From Dictyostelium discoideum (lineage: Eukaryota): a DNA stretch of 64,000 bases. Within the stretch, counting starts at the first letter, position 1; each line of letters begins with the position of its first letter. The DNA is taken from NCBI GenBank assembly GCA_000004695.1, contig CM000152.2:3744001-3808000 (forward strand). Reading direction: 5' to 3'. Below, in pieces: positions 12,319-26,778 of the stretch. The position numbers and the translations under genes were made by a program. Under the pieces are notes generated by a model. The model saw only the letters and a list, made by a program, of their open reading frames with translations. It searched no databases and had not been told where the DNA came from.

Positions 12319-14296
12319 TTAATTATTATTATTATTATTATTATGTTGTTGTGATAACATTAAAGCATCACCAATCTCCATTAATTTTTCACCAGTTTGT
12401 TTGTATTGTAGTCTAAATTTTTCTAATTTAGTTTTATCCATTTTGATACCAAATGAGATTTGTTTTGAAATTTTATCCAAACCATCCTTAATTGCATCCA
12501 ATCCAGAGTATAGTACATCCTCACTAAATCCAATTGGAATTGGTTTGTTTGGATTATATAGTTTACCATTTGAAGAAACCATTAAACCATTTACACCATT
12601 GTTATTATTATTATTATTATTATCATTATTATTATTATTGTTGTTGTTTGTAGTAATATGATTCCCATTAATAGTACCATTTGAAAGTGTGGGTATTGGA
12701 AATACTGAAGCAATATTTATAATGTTTGAAGTTGTAAATTGATTATATCTTTCCTTTAAATTGTTTTTCTTAAATTCGTCAAATTGTTTGATTGTATTTA
12801 ATTGCTCCTTAAAACGTTCTTCATCAGGCATTTCTATTATACCCAATGGTTGAGGTAATGATTGTAAATAACTTTTTATTCTATTTAATTCTTCTGGTGG
12901 TATAATTTGATTTAATTGTTGAATAATAACTGATTCTTTTTGAATATGCTGTTGTTGCTGTTGTTGTTGCTGTTGTTGATAATTTTGTGGTTGTTGAAAA
13001 CTCTTTATTGATTTTTGAATATACATATACAATACTAAAGATGGTGATTTAAATAAATTTTGATAAATTGATTTGAAATTTGAAATTATTGTACCTTGAT
13101 CCAATTTGAATAGATACAAATTCGCTTGTGTTGAAGCACCAATTGAGGTTATTAATTTACAAGTTGAAAATTTACAATTGGGAAGTGAAGAAAGAATTGA
13201 ACAAATATCCAATACCTGTTTCAATTGAATTGGTGTAAAACTTATTAACATTATTTGATAAAATCTCTAAACCATATGAAGCTATTAAACTTTTTTCACC
13301 AAACAAATTGATTAAATCTTTATTTTCGCTAATGGAACTCAATATTAAAATAATCATTTGATTTAATAATTGAATGATTTCATTTGATTCAATAATTTTA
13401 ATTTTACTTAATAATAATAATAAATTCTCCTGTATAATAAATAAATAAATATTAGTATAATTATTAATAATAATAATTAATATGATAAACAAAGAGAAAT
13501 TACCATTAAATTTGGAGTTGAAAAAATATTTGGTTGATTTAATTTCGAAATTAAAAATGGTATTACTTTTGATTGTATATTTTGGTTTAAATTTTTTGAT
13601 AGTTGATTAATATCTATATCATCAATTATTGTAAAAAAGATACCAATTGAAATGGGTATTGATGTAATAATATCTTGATTACCAATTAATGAATCCTTTT
13701 CTAAAATATCTAAAACTAAAAGATGAAAAACTATTTCCTTTTGATTTGAATCTAAAATTTTAAATACTCTTTTCAATAAAATTGTTAATGAATTTAAAAA
13801 ATCTGTTATTTCATATCTATTATTAAATTTTAATATCTAAAAAAAAGAAAATAAAAAAAAAATAAATAAAAAAAAAATTAATATTATTGGTTATTATTTA
13901 TTATTTATTATCTATTATTTATTTATTATTATACAAACAGTTTTAATAATTAAAGCTATATTCCAATTTTGAAAATATTCTGAAGAGTAAGAAATAATTT
14001 GAAACCAAATATCGATTAAAAAATTTTGAGTGATAGGATTTGAATAATAAATTGAAGAGATTAATAAATTATAAAATTCTGTGGATTGAGTGATTGTTGA
14101 TTTTATTATTAAATTATGAAATGAATCTAAAACATTTTGATGAAACCAACTTGATTGATAAATCTCTGTTATTAAATTAGTGAAACAATTTATGCTAAAC
14201 CTAAATAACTCTATCAATATTGATTCACTATAATTCAAACTAGGAAGATTTTCAAAAACCAATAATACTAATTTAAATTCACCAAATAACTGTTGA

Positions 14297-14330
<34 letters not shown>

Positions 14331-15603
14331 TAAGACTATTATTATTATTAACTGAATTTGACAATATAACCCCAATAATTCTATCAAACCATCTTTGATC
14401 GTTAATATCAATTCGAAATAATTGTTCCAACATACAAACTATAAATTGTTTTGAATCTTCAATAATTAAATCTATATTTTCTTGATTTGGTATTGACCTA
14501 TTTGGAGGTAACTCTCTTTATAATAAATCAATGTTAGTACCAGTAGTGATAATAATAACAATAATCACCATCATCATATAAAAAATACATACATCAATAA
14601 ATCAATAATTGTTTGGATTGTTAGCAATAATAAATCTGAATCAAAATGATCTATAAACTTTTCAAAAAAGAAAAGAAACGCTTTTATATAATATCTAAAT
14701 AATTTACCACCCCTACTATTTTTTGGTTCTGAATTAAATTCATCCTATATATATATATATTAATAAATATGATCATTAGTACGACTTGTATTGATATATA
14801 TATTATTTTATAAAAATAATAATAATACTTTTTTAAAAAATTGAATATGATCTTTAAAATTAACTAAAATAGCTTGTAAAGTTTTCTCGAGTGGACTTTT
14901 AAAATTGATAAAGTTATGAATTTGAGGATATTCATTGATTATATGCCTAAATGTTAGATTGACATTTAAAAGAGCTGCAACCTTTTGATCTATACCACTT
15001 TCATATATTTTAATTAATTCATCACAAACTATTGCCATACTATTTATATTTTCACCTAAAATAAAACTAAAGAATGATTTATCATCATTTTTAATTAAAT
15101 CACAAAAACTTTGAAATGGTAAACCTAATTTCTTATTTAACTCTTCAATTTGTATTGACCAATTTTGTAGCTGCTGTTGTATTTGTTTTTGAGTTTGTGT
15201 TTGTGTTTGAGTTTGTGTTTGTGTTTGAATTTGAGTTTGATTTTGTGTTGTCGTAATTAAATTTGAAATTAAATCTTTTACTTGTTTAATTTTTTTTTGT
15301 ATAGACATTAATTGTATGGAAATTTGAATGAATGTTGGTATTACTTCAATTGATAAACAATCCATTGACGATATGAAACAATTTTCAACTAGAGAATTAT
15401 GTAGTGTTATCAATGAGAACATTTTAGGTCTACTTGCTCCTAAATTCAATAAATCATCTAATGATTTATTTAAAAATTCTATATATTCATCCAATATTCC
15501 ACTCTCTACAACTTTTTTAAATAGTAAATTTGATTTACCATTTTCAAAAAATGTTGCTATAGTCTTCCAACATAATCCACTCTCTGGGAATGTATATAAT
15601 TTA

Positions 15604-15648
<45 letters not shown>

Positions 15649-15852
15649 GCTAATTAGTTTATATTATTAATATTAATAATAATAATAAATACTTACTTTA
15701 ACTATCTTTATTATTTTATTAATATTCGAATTAAATAATTCTAAATTAAATTGTTTTGGATCTGCTAAAATTTTTAAACAGGCTGTTTTTTTTTCAGTAT
15801 TTGATGTTGGGTCCAATAATAAAAATTCTATAGCATTGTTTAAATCGCCCAT
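12319..15852 (-). CDS. multi-exon gene (at least 6 exons), hypothetical protein with a TQ-dipeptide repeat
   Basis: The ATG lies at 15852-15850 (MGDLNNAIEFLLLDPTSNTEKKTACLKILADPKQFNLELFNSNINKIIKIVK). A GTAAGT donor ends exon 1 at 15697. The acceptor aaaag at 15612/15613 opens the next exon (NGIKLYTFPESGLCWKT...ILDEYIEF...), which ends with a GTATTA donor after FFKK at 14829. The next exon starts at 14511 (LPPNRSIPNQENIDLIIEDSKQFIVCMLEQLF...). Further exons correspond to ORFs 13915..14433, 13477..13776, 13172..13492 and 12319..13251. Exact junctions for the 3' exons are not resolved. Confidence 0.5.
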
Positions 15853-16316
15853 AATGTTCTACTACTAAATAATTATCTATTTGTAAGCATAAATAAGAAA
15901 GATCGTCAAAAAATAATAAAAAAAATTATAAAAAATAAAAAAAAAATAAAAAAAATGAAAAAAAAAAATGAAAAAATGAAAATTAAAAAAAAAAAAAAAA
16001 AAAAGGTTTTTTCTTAGAAATTTTAGAAATATAAAGAAAAATCCATGTTTTGAAAAGAAAATTAAAAAAAAATTTTCCTTTTAAAAAAATAAATAAATTA
16101 AAACAAAGAATTAAATTTAAAAAATAATAATAATAGTTTATAAATAATTTTTAACTATTTTTTTTTTTTTTTTTTTTTTTTTAATTATACTATTTTTATT
16201 TATTTATTTTTTTTTTTATTTTTTTTTTATATTATTTATTTATTATTTATTATTTATGAATTAAAAAAAGTAAATATATATGTGATTGAAAGAGAGAGAT
16301 TATGATAATTGAAATT

Positions 16317-19300
16317 TTATTTTTTTCCACCTTTTTTCTTGACATTAGTGAAAGAGGTTGGTCTTGCACCTTTACGTTTATTAAGAGCCTTTGGATCCAA
16401 TTTGATATAAGAATATGGTTCGAATTTTTGATCTCTCTTACGATTATCACCTTTGGTTTTAGCTACAGTTTTAGTACTCTTATTGTCACGATCTTGATAA
16501 TTTACTAAATGATCAACACCTCTAACTCTGTTATAACGAAGGGTAGCAGTTTCAATACGACCTTCATTTTTATTATTATTATTAGTAGTACGAGTTGATT
16601 TAACTGATTTAGCGCCACCCATGACTGATTTAGCACCACCACCACCACCACGAACAGATTTAGCATTTGTTCTTCTTGTGAAATTTGATTTAAGATCATC
16701 ATTATAACGTGAAAGATTTTCATCGATATCATCATCTGAATAATCTGAATTATCATGATTATCTTGTTTGAATTTATTTTTGAGACCTTTTGCTTTAGTG
16801 ACATGATAACCTGCTTTTCTTTCATAGGCTTCTTCATTCTCTTCGAAAACTTGATCGAGGAAGGATTTCTTTCTCTCTCTCTTTCTCTTTTGACCTTCAT
16901 CTTCAGAATCTGATGATTCAATAATCATACGACCATCTTCATCAAGTTGGAATGGATTTTGAAGTTTACCACCATTCTTTGCGGCTTTAGCAAACATTTG
17001 TTTTGCAACGATATCAGCGGCTGCTTTTGCTGACAAATGACTAAATGCATTTCTATCCAAGAAATCAATTGGATCTTCACCCTCTTTGATGAGGAAATTA
17101 TCTTTAGTATCTTTTTTAGTTTTCTTTGGTTTAACATTGAAAAGGAATTCCTCAATATCAGCATCATCTTCACTATGATCCCTATCACTATGCTCTTCAT
17201 CTGATGCTAACATTTGTTCATCATCATCATCACCACCACCACCAGAAGTATTCTTTGATTTTTTATTCTTTTTACTTTTTTGTGATTTACTATCATCACC
17301 ATTTTCATCCATATTTTCATTTGAATCAACACCACCGCCATTTCTAGATAATTCTTTAGCTTTTTCTTTCTTTTCATTCTTTTTACGAATGTTTGTAACT
17401 ACTTTTTTGAAATCTTCAGGTACTAATTGATAAATTTGATCGAAACCAAATCTTTTAATTAAACGTTCTAAAAGGATTTGAACGATAGTTCTAAAGTAAT
17501 TCTTATCGATACCACCCCATTTTGCTAAACCATTGACGAGTACTTCCAATTGAGATTCGATTGATTTTGTGTCTTTAAAAGTTGCAATTACAACACGAAC
17601 TAAACCAAACACTGCTTTTACAATCTCTCTATGTGGTGATGCTAATAACACAAGTACAGTTGTAACCAATTGACCGACAAACTCTTCATTGATATCACGA
17701 TAGAATTCATGAATGACTCTAGCGATTGAAACAATTGATGCTGATACCATATGTGGAGTAATCGATGCTAAACCTGCCATCATCAATTGTAAATATTCAT
17801 GAATTGCTTCGTTATGAGCGATGGTGATTGTATCCTCCATTGATACACCTTTCTTTGGTTTCACTAATTTTGCAGAGATTAAACACATAACTTTACCAAT
17901 TTCAATGATTAATTCATTTGCAATCTCTCTACATTTAACATTAGTTTCTTTTGTACATAAAATAATCTCTGGAATTAATGACGGTATAAATTTAGTTTTT
18001 AATTGTACCCAACCAATATTAACTTTAACTTTTGGTTTATTATCTGTACTTGTAGTTGTAGTAGTAGTTGTTGTTGTAGTAGTTGTAGTAGTTGTAGTAG
18101 TATTTTCTAATTGTTTTTCATTTTCATTAATAGCAACTAATTCTAATTCTTCTTCAGTTAATAAATGTTTATTATATGAAGATTTAGTTAAGGAGATAAT
18201 AATTTCTCTTAAACATTTTAAACGAGTTTTCTTAATTGTTGATGGTGATTGCATTAAATTACTAACTAATAATGCTTTAATCTTTGTTAAATTTTGAAGA
18301 ATAAAACTTTCATGATATTCACAAATCTTTACTAAAATCTTATAAGATCTCTTTTGTAAACCTGGATCAGAACATTTCAATTGTGGTTTAATAATTTTAT
18401 ATAAAACTTTAATATTCTCTTCATCTAAATGTTTAACGAAACCAATTGTTAAATCTGTTAAATAATATTTCTTTGTTTTTTCTTTTGGTGTGGTGGTTGT
18501 AGTAGTTGTAGTTGTAGTATCCATTGAATTTTGAGTTGGTTTCTTTTCAATACCTTCTAAAGTTAATGCTTCAACTAATTTTGTAATTAATGAATTAAAA
18601 ATTGTATTTAAATTTATAGAATCAGTGATTGAAACCAATGCTTCAATTGCATTTAAAATGTAATAACGTTGATCTTGATTTGAAGTTGGGAAAATATTGA
18701 AAAGAATTGGTAAATAGTTTTTAGAGAATACTGAAACCGATTTCAATAACTGAGTAGCTCTTTCTTGAGTGACTAAATGATGTTGTTTTCTTAATGGTAT
18801 GTAAACTGGTGGTTTAGTGATTTGAGTATCCTTTAATTTATTGATCATTTGTGTTAATGCTGCACAAATTACAATACGTAATCCTGGTTCATCGGATAAA
18901 GCAACACCCAAATTACGAGCAATCACTCTAAATGAAACGTCTGAATCCAATGGATGATTTAAAAAGCCTGGTAATAAATCCCAAACTTGTGAATATAATA
19001 TCTCCAAATTCTTTGCTTCAACTAATCTACCATCCATTTCAACTTGTTTACCTCTTTCTTTCATTGCAATTGCCATTGGATAAAAATATTCAATGAAAAA
19101 TGATAATTGGGTATATTTAATATTATCTCTCATTAAAGGTAATAACCAATTTCTATTAATTTTAATTTTGCTTTATAATTTAAAAAAAAATAATAATAAA
19201 TTAATATAAATTATTATTATAAATTAATTAAAAATTATTTTTAATATTATTAATAACCTACTCATTTGGATGAGATTCTAAATTTAATGGTAAAATTTTT

Positions 19301-19835
19301 AAGAAATTCTTTGGACCAATTGAAGATAAAACTTGAATGAAAACTTGACGACAATGAGTTTGGAAATGAAATTCTGGTGAATGATATAATTGATCTAAAC
19401 CAGCCAATGTATTATTCATAATTGGATAAGCATTTGGTCCTAATTGTTCAAATAATGCACTAATGATCATTAATACTAAATCCCATGATGATTTAAATGT
19501 TAATCTTAAACCACTTTCAATGGTTGAAATAATTGATTCCAATGGTGATAATTCTCTATTTGCATTTCCTGAACCTTGTTGGAATGAATAAATACCTTGT
19601 TGAATTACTTCCAAATTTATACATTCATAAATTACTGATTTAAATCCATTCATTGTACATTTTGTAATCTCTGCTTTATCAGATCCAAAATTATTCATTA
19701 AAATTGAAAAATATTTATGAACATGTTGATTACATAATTTTGGTTCCAATCTATAAAAAAAAAAAAAAAAAAAAAAGGGAGGGGAGGGGAGGGGAGGTGA
19801 GGTGAGGTATATATTAGTATATAAATTATTATTAT

Positions 19836-19871
<36 letters not shown>

Positions 19872-20888
19872 TTACTTTACAAAATATAAATAAGATTGAG
19901 TTAATAATTCAGTATAAGAAACAGTTGATTTATAATCAATACCTGATGGTGGATGTTGAAATAATACTTCAATTAATTGTTGAATATGTGAACCAATTAA
20001 TGGATTAGTTTTAAAGAATAATGAACCGATTGCTTTATAACAAGCAATGGTTAATGGTGAATTTGAAAGACTTGTTAATTTTATGATATCTTCCAATAGT
20101 AATGAGATCAATGATGGTGGTAATAAACATAATGCTTCAGTGACGATATTCAATGCATAGAATGCAGTACCCATAGTTTCATGAGTAACATTTGTAAAGA
20201 TTTCATGAGAGAATTGGGATGTAACATTTGCCAAATGTTTATGTACGCCACCACCCTTTGCATTGGTTTGAATTGCACCAATACTATTTAAAACCAATAT
20301 AACTTGTTCTGCGGCTTTTTGACGAATTTTAGATTGTTGATTATTAACTGATAATTTCAAAATGTATGAATAACCTCTTAAATATTCTGGTGTTGACCAT
20401 TGATTTGATTCTGCCAATACCAATACATATCCCAATATATAAGTACCTGATTTAACTAATGATTGTTCATCATTTGACATTGTTGAATTTAATGTTGTCT
20501 CTTGAGTAACATATTTCTCCAATATATTAATCATTTGTAAAATAATATTTACTGATTGATTTTTAATAATTGGAATTGAAACTCTATATAAATCAAAATA
20601 TATATATTAATATAAATATGTATTTGAAATAATAATAATAATAAAAATTACATACTGTGGTAAAATTAAAGAAAATAATTTTAATAAATCTGGTGTTTGA
20701 TTTTCTTTATGTTTATTTTCTGTAATAGTTTTTAATATGATTGCAAAGTATGATGTAGCATTGATTGGTGCTTTATTGAATCTAATTAAATCTGTTACTG
20801 CTGTCAATACTGCATATAATCTTTTATTGGTTTCGGAACTTGAGTTTTCACGTAAACTTGGAAATAATTCTGAAATTGTTTTTGACAT
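16317..20888 (-). CDS. rrp12: RRP12-like pre-ribosomal export protein (HEAT/ARM type, NUC173-like region), 4 exons
   Basis: The CDS is join(20888..20656, 20583..19876, 19750..19262, 19152..16317) on the minus strand. Donors are GTATGT, GTAAGT and GTAGGT; acceptors are tatatag, tttatag and ttaatag. All phases are consistent. The block LIPEIILCTKETNVKCREIANELIIEIGKVM plus HEAT-like repeats and an acidic/KK-rich C-terminal tail resemble RRP12. The N-terminus reads MSKTISELFPSLRENSSSETNKRLYAVLTAV. Confidence 0.55.
19777..19808 (+). other. G-quadruplex-type G-run GGGAGGGGAGGGGAGGGGAGGTGAGGTGAGG inside intron 2 of the RRP12-like gene
   Basis: The sequence is read directly. It is flanked by A22 and T50 homopolymers. 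Confidence 0.6.
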
Positions 20889-21018
20889 TTTATTTTATTC
20901 TATTTTCTCTTATTTATTTTATTAATATAAATAAATAATAAATATAAAAAAATTGAAAAAAAAAAAAAAAATGAAAAAAAACTATTAATTGATTATTATT
21001 TGCGAAAAAGAAAGAAAG

Positions 21019-21050
<32 letters not shown>

Positions 21051-22916
21051 CCTTCGTTTTTTTTTATCGTGCGTAAAAAAAAAAAAAAAGAATTTTATTT
21101 TTTTTTAATTTTTTTTATTTTCCCAATTATTTTTTTTTTATGATTTGCTTTTTTTAACTCAGATAAATAATTATTAAAAAAAAAAAAAAAAAAAGTGTGA
21201 AGAAAATGAAAATATGAAATAAATCTTTTTTTTTTTTTTTTTTTTTATTTAAATGAGATTGTTTCTAATTTAGGAATTTATTTATGATTTTTGGGTGTTT
21301 TTTTTTTTTTTTTTTTTTAAATATATATTTGGAAATTCCTTTATGTATATATTTATTTGAATTATTTGAATTTTATATACATATTTATTTGGTTATCTTA
21401 AATGATCTATTTTATTATGAAAAATGTATTAGTAAAACTTTGTAAACCTGATTTTTGTTTTGTTTTTTTTTATAAAAAAAAAATCTTAATACATACCCAA
21501 CCTTGCTTTTGCTTATGTCTGGCATTTGCTTTACAAAATACAAAAACATTCTTTCCTCTTCTAATAGTTTGGCAGAATCTGCACAATTTTTTGAGAGCAG
21601 ATACGTGTCTCATTCTTTTTTTATTTTTTTTTTTATTTAATTAATCTAAAAATAATGTGGAAAAAAATAAATAAAAGTTATGATTAATAATTAATATGTG
21701 TAATTAAATTTATAATGTGATTAATTAATTAATTAATTGTCCGCATACAAATAAAAAAAATATAACAATGAAAATGAAAAATGAAAAAAAAAAAATAAAA
21801 ATAAAAAAAAAATTTCACGACACAAACAGAAATTTTAATTTTTTACTTTTTTTTTTTTTTTTTTTTTTTTCATTTTTTTTTATTTTTTTATTTTAAGTAA
21901 TTAAATACCATCAGAAAAATTGATTATTTAAAAAAAAAAAATAATGATAAATGTTAAATTCTATTATTATTATTTTTTTATTTATTTATTTTAATAAATA
22001 AATAAATGTTAAATTATTTTATTTTATTTTTTTTTTCTAAAAAAAAAAAAGAAATGTGAAATTTCATTTAATAATCATATGATTAGATAAAAAATTTAAT
22101 TTTTATTATTATATAATGCAACTGGTTTTTTAAAATTAATACCAGTGGAAATAAATAATTGGAAATAAAATTTAATAATATCTTAATTTGGAAATTTTAA
22201 TATTTTCCAAATTCCAAAAATTACTTTCGAAGTACATTTATTAAAAAAAAAATTGAAAAAAAAATGAAAAAAAAAAAAAAATTGAAAAACGAAAAATTTT
22301 ATTTTTTTTAAATTTTTTAATTTTTTTTTTTTTATTTTATTTTTTTTAATTTTTTTTTTTTTTTTTTTTTTGATCATTGGTTTCTGCAAGAAAGTAAACG
22401 AAATTATATTACCATTGCATTCATATTTGATTAGCATTTATATTGTGTTAACAAATTTGATAATCTGGGGAATAAAATTCATTTAATCTTTAGTTAATTT
22501 ATTCATTTTTTAAATAATAATAAAAAAAAAAAAAAAAAAAAAGGTAAAGTAATCAATAAAATATTCATTTAATCAAAAAAAAAAAAAAAAAAAAAAAAAA
22601 TCAAAACCAAAACCAAAATCTTGAAAAAAAAAAAAACATACCAACGTGTAATATGTTTTTTACACAAAAAAAAAAAAAAAAAAACAGAAATATTTATTCA
22701 AAAAATTGTTTTTCATTTTCAAACATTATCAAATAAAATACTTACACCACTATTTTGATTATTTTTTTTTTTTTTTTTAAAAAAAAAAATAAAAAAATTA
22801 AAAAAATTATTTTCCATATTTTTTTTTTTTTTTTTTTTTTTATAATTATTATTATTAAATAATATTATTTAAAACTTTATAGAATTAATTAATTAAAGAA
22901 ATAAGTTTATATAAAA

Positions 22917-24961
22917 ATGGTTTGGAGGAAATTACCAAATGCAGTTTTAAAACAAAAGTATTCTCTTGTTCAACATAGAATTTTACTTAGAAATCAAATT
23001 AGAACATTTTCAACCAATAGTAATAATAATAAAGATAACAAAAGTAATAATGGTGATGATAAAAATGATAAAGTTGGAGAAGATAGTAAAGATAGTATTC
23101 AAAAAGCTATCCTTAGACAAAAGATGGAAATGATGAAAGGCGAGTATTCAGAAAGCAACAACAAGACAAAAAAATATTCCAGACAGTGGAAAACATCCAC
23201 AAGGCGGCTATGACTTTGATGAATCATTAGGTGAAGATTTGGATCCATCAGTGCTTCAAGATCCAATTCTTGAAGAGATGAAAGAAATCTTTGCAGAGAA
23301 TAACCTTAGAAATGAAATTAAAAATAAAAATGAAAATCAAGAAGAACAACAAGAAGATGAAGAAGATGATGGTGCAGGTCATTATACAATGAAGAATAAA
23401 GCCAATAGATTAAGTGAAGAGAAAGAGAAAATCATTGAAAAGTTACTCGAAAACTATGAAGAAAAAGAGGTAGAAGAGAATCATTACTACATTCCACGTG
23501 ATAAATTACAAGATTTTGGTATTATCGATGCTGATTACCATCCAAACTATCCACCATACGTCAACAGAGAATCCGGTGCTGTCTTGGTATTCGATGTTGT
23601 ACTAAATGCCTATTCCAATCGTGGTTCAACAAAGACTCGTGAACAATTGTTTAGTAATGAACATATTCTTAGAAGAAGATATCAAACTGATCAAGCTGTA
23701 ATTGTACGTAGATATTTGGATGCATCACCAGCAAACATCAGTGATGCAGTTCTCGCCGATTCAGAACTCTTTAGTGAGGTAGTTGATCGTATTAAAATGC
23801 ATCAAGAGTTACAAAGAGAAAAGTACCGTTACGGTAACCCAGCAGATCTTTCCGTCACACAAGAGAGAGAATTATCAGCCAAAGTACTCGCAGAATCTGG
23901 TCTTTTCCCACCCGAAGTGGTCGCAGAGATCAATCAACCATTCTTGACCAAATCATTCAATCAAGGCAAAGGAAAAGAGGATCCAGATTTCCAATTGTTT
24001 GAAAACCCAGATCACTATATGACAAAGATTAAAGAGTCCAACCCTCCCCATACCTCTGAATATTTGCAACAAAATCCATTCAAGCCAACTCGTGAAGATA
24101 AATGTAATTTCGATTATATCGAGGAAGTACCAGTCAATAAAGTCTTTGATTCTTATGCTGCCTCTGAAGCTTTCCATGAGAATGGTGGCTATGATCAAGT
24201 ACCACAACAAATGGACTTCAATGGTAGAGATGAATATGTTAGAGATCAATTAAGACAATATTTCTTTGAATTGAATCAAAGAGATAAGAGAAAGAAAGTC
24301 GTACCATCCAACGAGAGACTTTATGATCCAATCCCTTCTGGTTATGAGGGTTATAGTACCCCATATGTACCAGTCGAACAAAAAGATGCCGAACCAATAT
24401 CATTCGATCCCACCTTTATGAGAGAATTTGTTCAATACAAAACACTCGCCCTTCCACTTGAAAATTTACGTGTTCAAGAAATCATTGATGATTTTTCTAA
24501 TGATGTTGAAAAAGACTATAGAAAAGAACATCTTATTGCCCAAGAAAATGAAGTTAAATCTTTCTTCCAAAAATATTATGGTGTTAGTTATGATGAATAT
24601 TTAGATAATCCAAAAGAATACTTTGAAAAATTAAAAGAAAAACAAATCAAATTTGAACAATTTGAACTTGAATTTGAAAAAAGAGAACAAGAAAAAAAAT
24701 TAAAACAACAAAAACAACAAAATGGATCATCATCATCACCACAACAACAACAACAACAACAAAATGAATCATTTGCAGGTTCATTTGCAGGTTCATTTGC
24801 AGGTTCATCAACTAAATCTTCACCACAAGAACAACAATCATCATCACAAGAACAAAAACAAGAACAACAAAAACAATCATCAGAAAAACAAGAACAAAAA
24901 ACAAATGAAAATAAAGAAGAAAATGTTAAAGAAGAAGAAGAAAATGTTAAAGAAGAAGAAA

Positions 24962-24992
<31 letters not shown>

Positions 24993-26724
24993 AAAAGTTG
25001 GTGCCGGTGAAGATTATGATATGTCAGATATGGATGAAAGTAATTTAGAAGTAGATCATATTTTAGATACTGATGACGAAATTGATGAAGATGATGAAGA
25101 TCATGATGATTCTGTAAATAGAAATGAAAAATTCGAAAAAAGATTTGATGATACTGATACTGATAGCGATAGCGATAGCGAAAGTGATAGTGATAGTGAT
25201 AATGAATCAAATGAAGATGAAAAATCAGATGACAAAGTTGCTAAATTTGAAAAAGATGATGAATCATCATATGATATCAATAACATTGATGAAGATGAAG
25301 ATGACGAAGATGAAGATGAAGATGACGAAGAAGAAGGAAAAAGAGAAGGAAAAAGAGAAAAATATGATGATGATGATGATGATGATAAAGAAGAAGATGA
25401 TGATGATGAAGAAGAAGAGTCACTTGATTTAGAAGATCCATTATATGAACAACGTGTGGTTGGAAATCAAGCTGAACAAGAAGCTCAAAAAATTCAAGAT
25501 AGTTATCTCACTAAAGGTGATTATCAATTCTTGGAAGATATGGAGGATATTACCGATACATTATTCTTAACAATGGATACAGATCAAATTAATGATGATT
25601 ATGAAGATGATGATGAAAAAACTCAAAATGATCTTCTTGTTGATGAAGAAATCACTTTTGGTGATTTAGAACTTGACGATAAATATACACTTGGTGATGA
25701 AACCGTTGAATTCCAAGAAGATGGAGATGAACTCGCTCCATTCCGTATTGATGATATCGATTTTCCAAGAATCGATAGATCAAAGATGACCAAAGAAGAA
25801 GTTATCAAATCCATTATTGAAGAGTACTCAATTTTCAATATGGGTAATGGTGAAAATACGGCTTCAGATGGAACCAGAAAAAAATTAACTCCAACTCAAA
25901 TCGAAGAAATAAAAACAAAAATAATGCAAATGAACATTGAAAGAAAGGAGAAGATTGAATTAATAAATAGTATTAGAGAGGAACAAAGAAGAGACGACGA
26001 CGAAGAGGATGATGGAAGAAGATTTGCTTATAATGGTGTAGAAATCAATAGTGAAGGTAAAGTAGATGACAGTGAAGAAGCTGAAGATGAAATGGGCTTC
26101 TTTGTTGATGAAACTCATTTCAATATCACTCATCCATCAGGTATTCAAAAATTAGATACCGTCTTTGAAGAAATGGAGATAATGGATTTGATCGAAGGTA
26201 CCTACGAAGAAGATTTAGATCTCCTTAGAGCTGAAGCCGATATGTATGCAAGAAGAACCGCCAGAAAGGTTAAAAACTTAGCCAAGAAACGTGAATTCGC
26301 CAAAAAAATGAAAGCCAAACAAATTGAAGACTTGAAATTAAATCCACCAGTTAAAGAACCATACAAAATCGCTCCATTACGTCCAATCGGTCACAATGTT
26401 TATACAAACGTTTTAGCTCCACCAAACTCTTACCTTAGACTCAATGATCCAAAATACAAACCAGCCGACGAAAAGAGAAATCAAAAAATCATCCAAGAAT
26501 CTTATCGTGCTCTCTCTTCAAATCCATTCTATGGTGTTAAACAAGCTAACTTTGCTGTAAAGTCAATCAACAAAGAATTGAATACCTATGAAGGTTATAA
26601 GAAATATCGTCAACATCAACTTAAAAATGCTCAACCAATTCCATCACCAATCCTTTCAAGACCAGATATGTTGGTAGAACCAGATAAACTTAATCAATTT
26701 AATAGTTTCTATAATGATAATTAA
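22917..26724 (+). CDS. large acidic low-complexity protein with an N-terminal mitochondrial-presequence-like segment; probable frameshift at an A7 run (about 23170-23176)
   Basis: ORF 22917..23213 starts MVWRKLPNAVLKQKYSLVQHRILLRNQIRTFSTNS, which is basic, hydroxylated and free of acidic residues. The main ORF is open in the +1 frame from 23137 and runs to 26724; the listed M at 23239 is a TTG. Deleting one A from acaaaaaaatattcc fuses the two frames without a stop. The body carries D/E-rich tracts (DSDSDSESDSDSD, EEEEEE). Confidence 0.5.
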
Positions 26725-26747
26725 TAATTCAATATAATAATAATATA

Positions 26748-26778
<31 letters not shown>

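Noticed and set aside
12401-12661. Short plus-strand ORFs within the 12319-15852 gene region (12401..12661, 15328..15657)
   Set aside because: They overlap the exons or introns of the better-supported minus-strand multi-exon gene and lack splice-consistent continuation.
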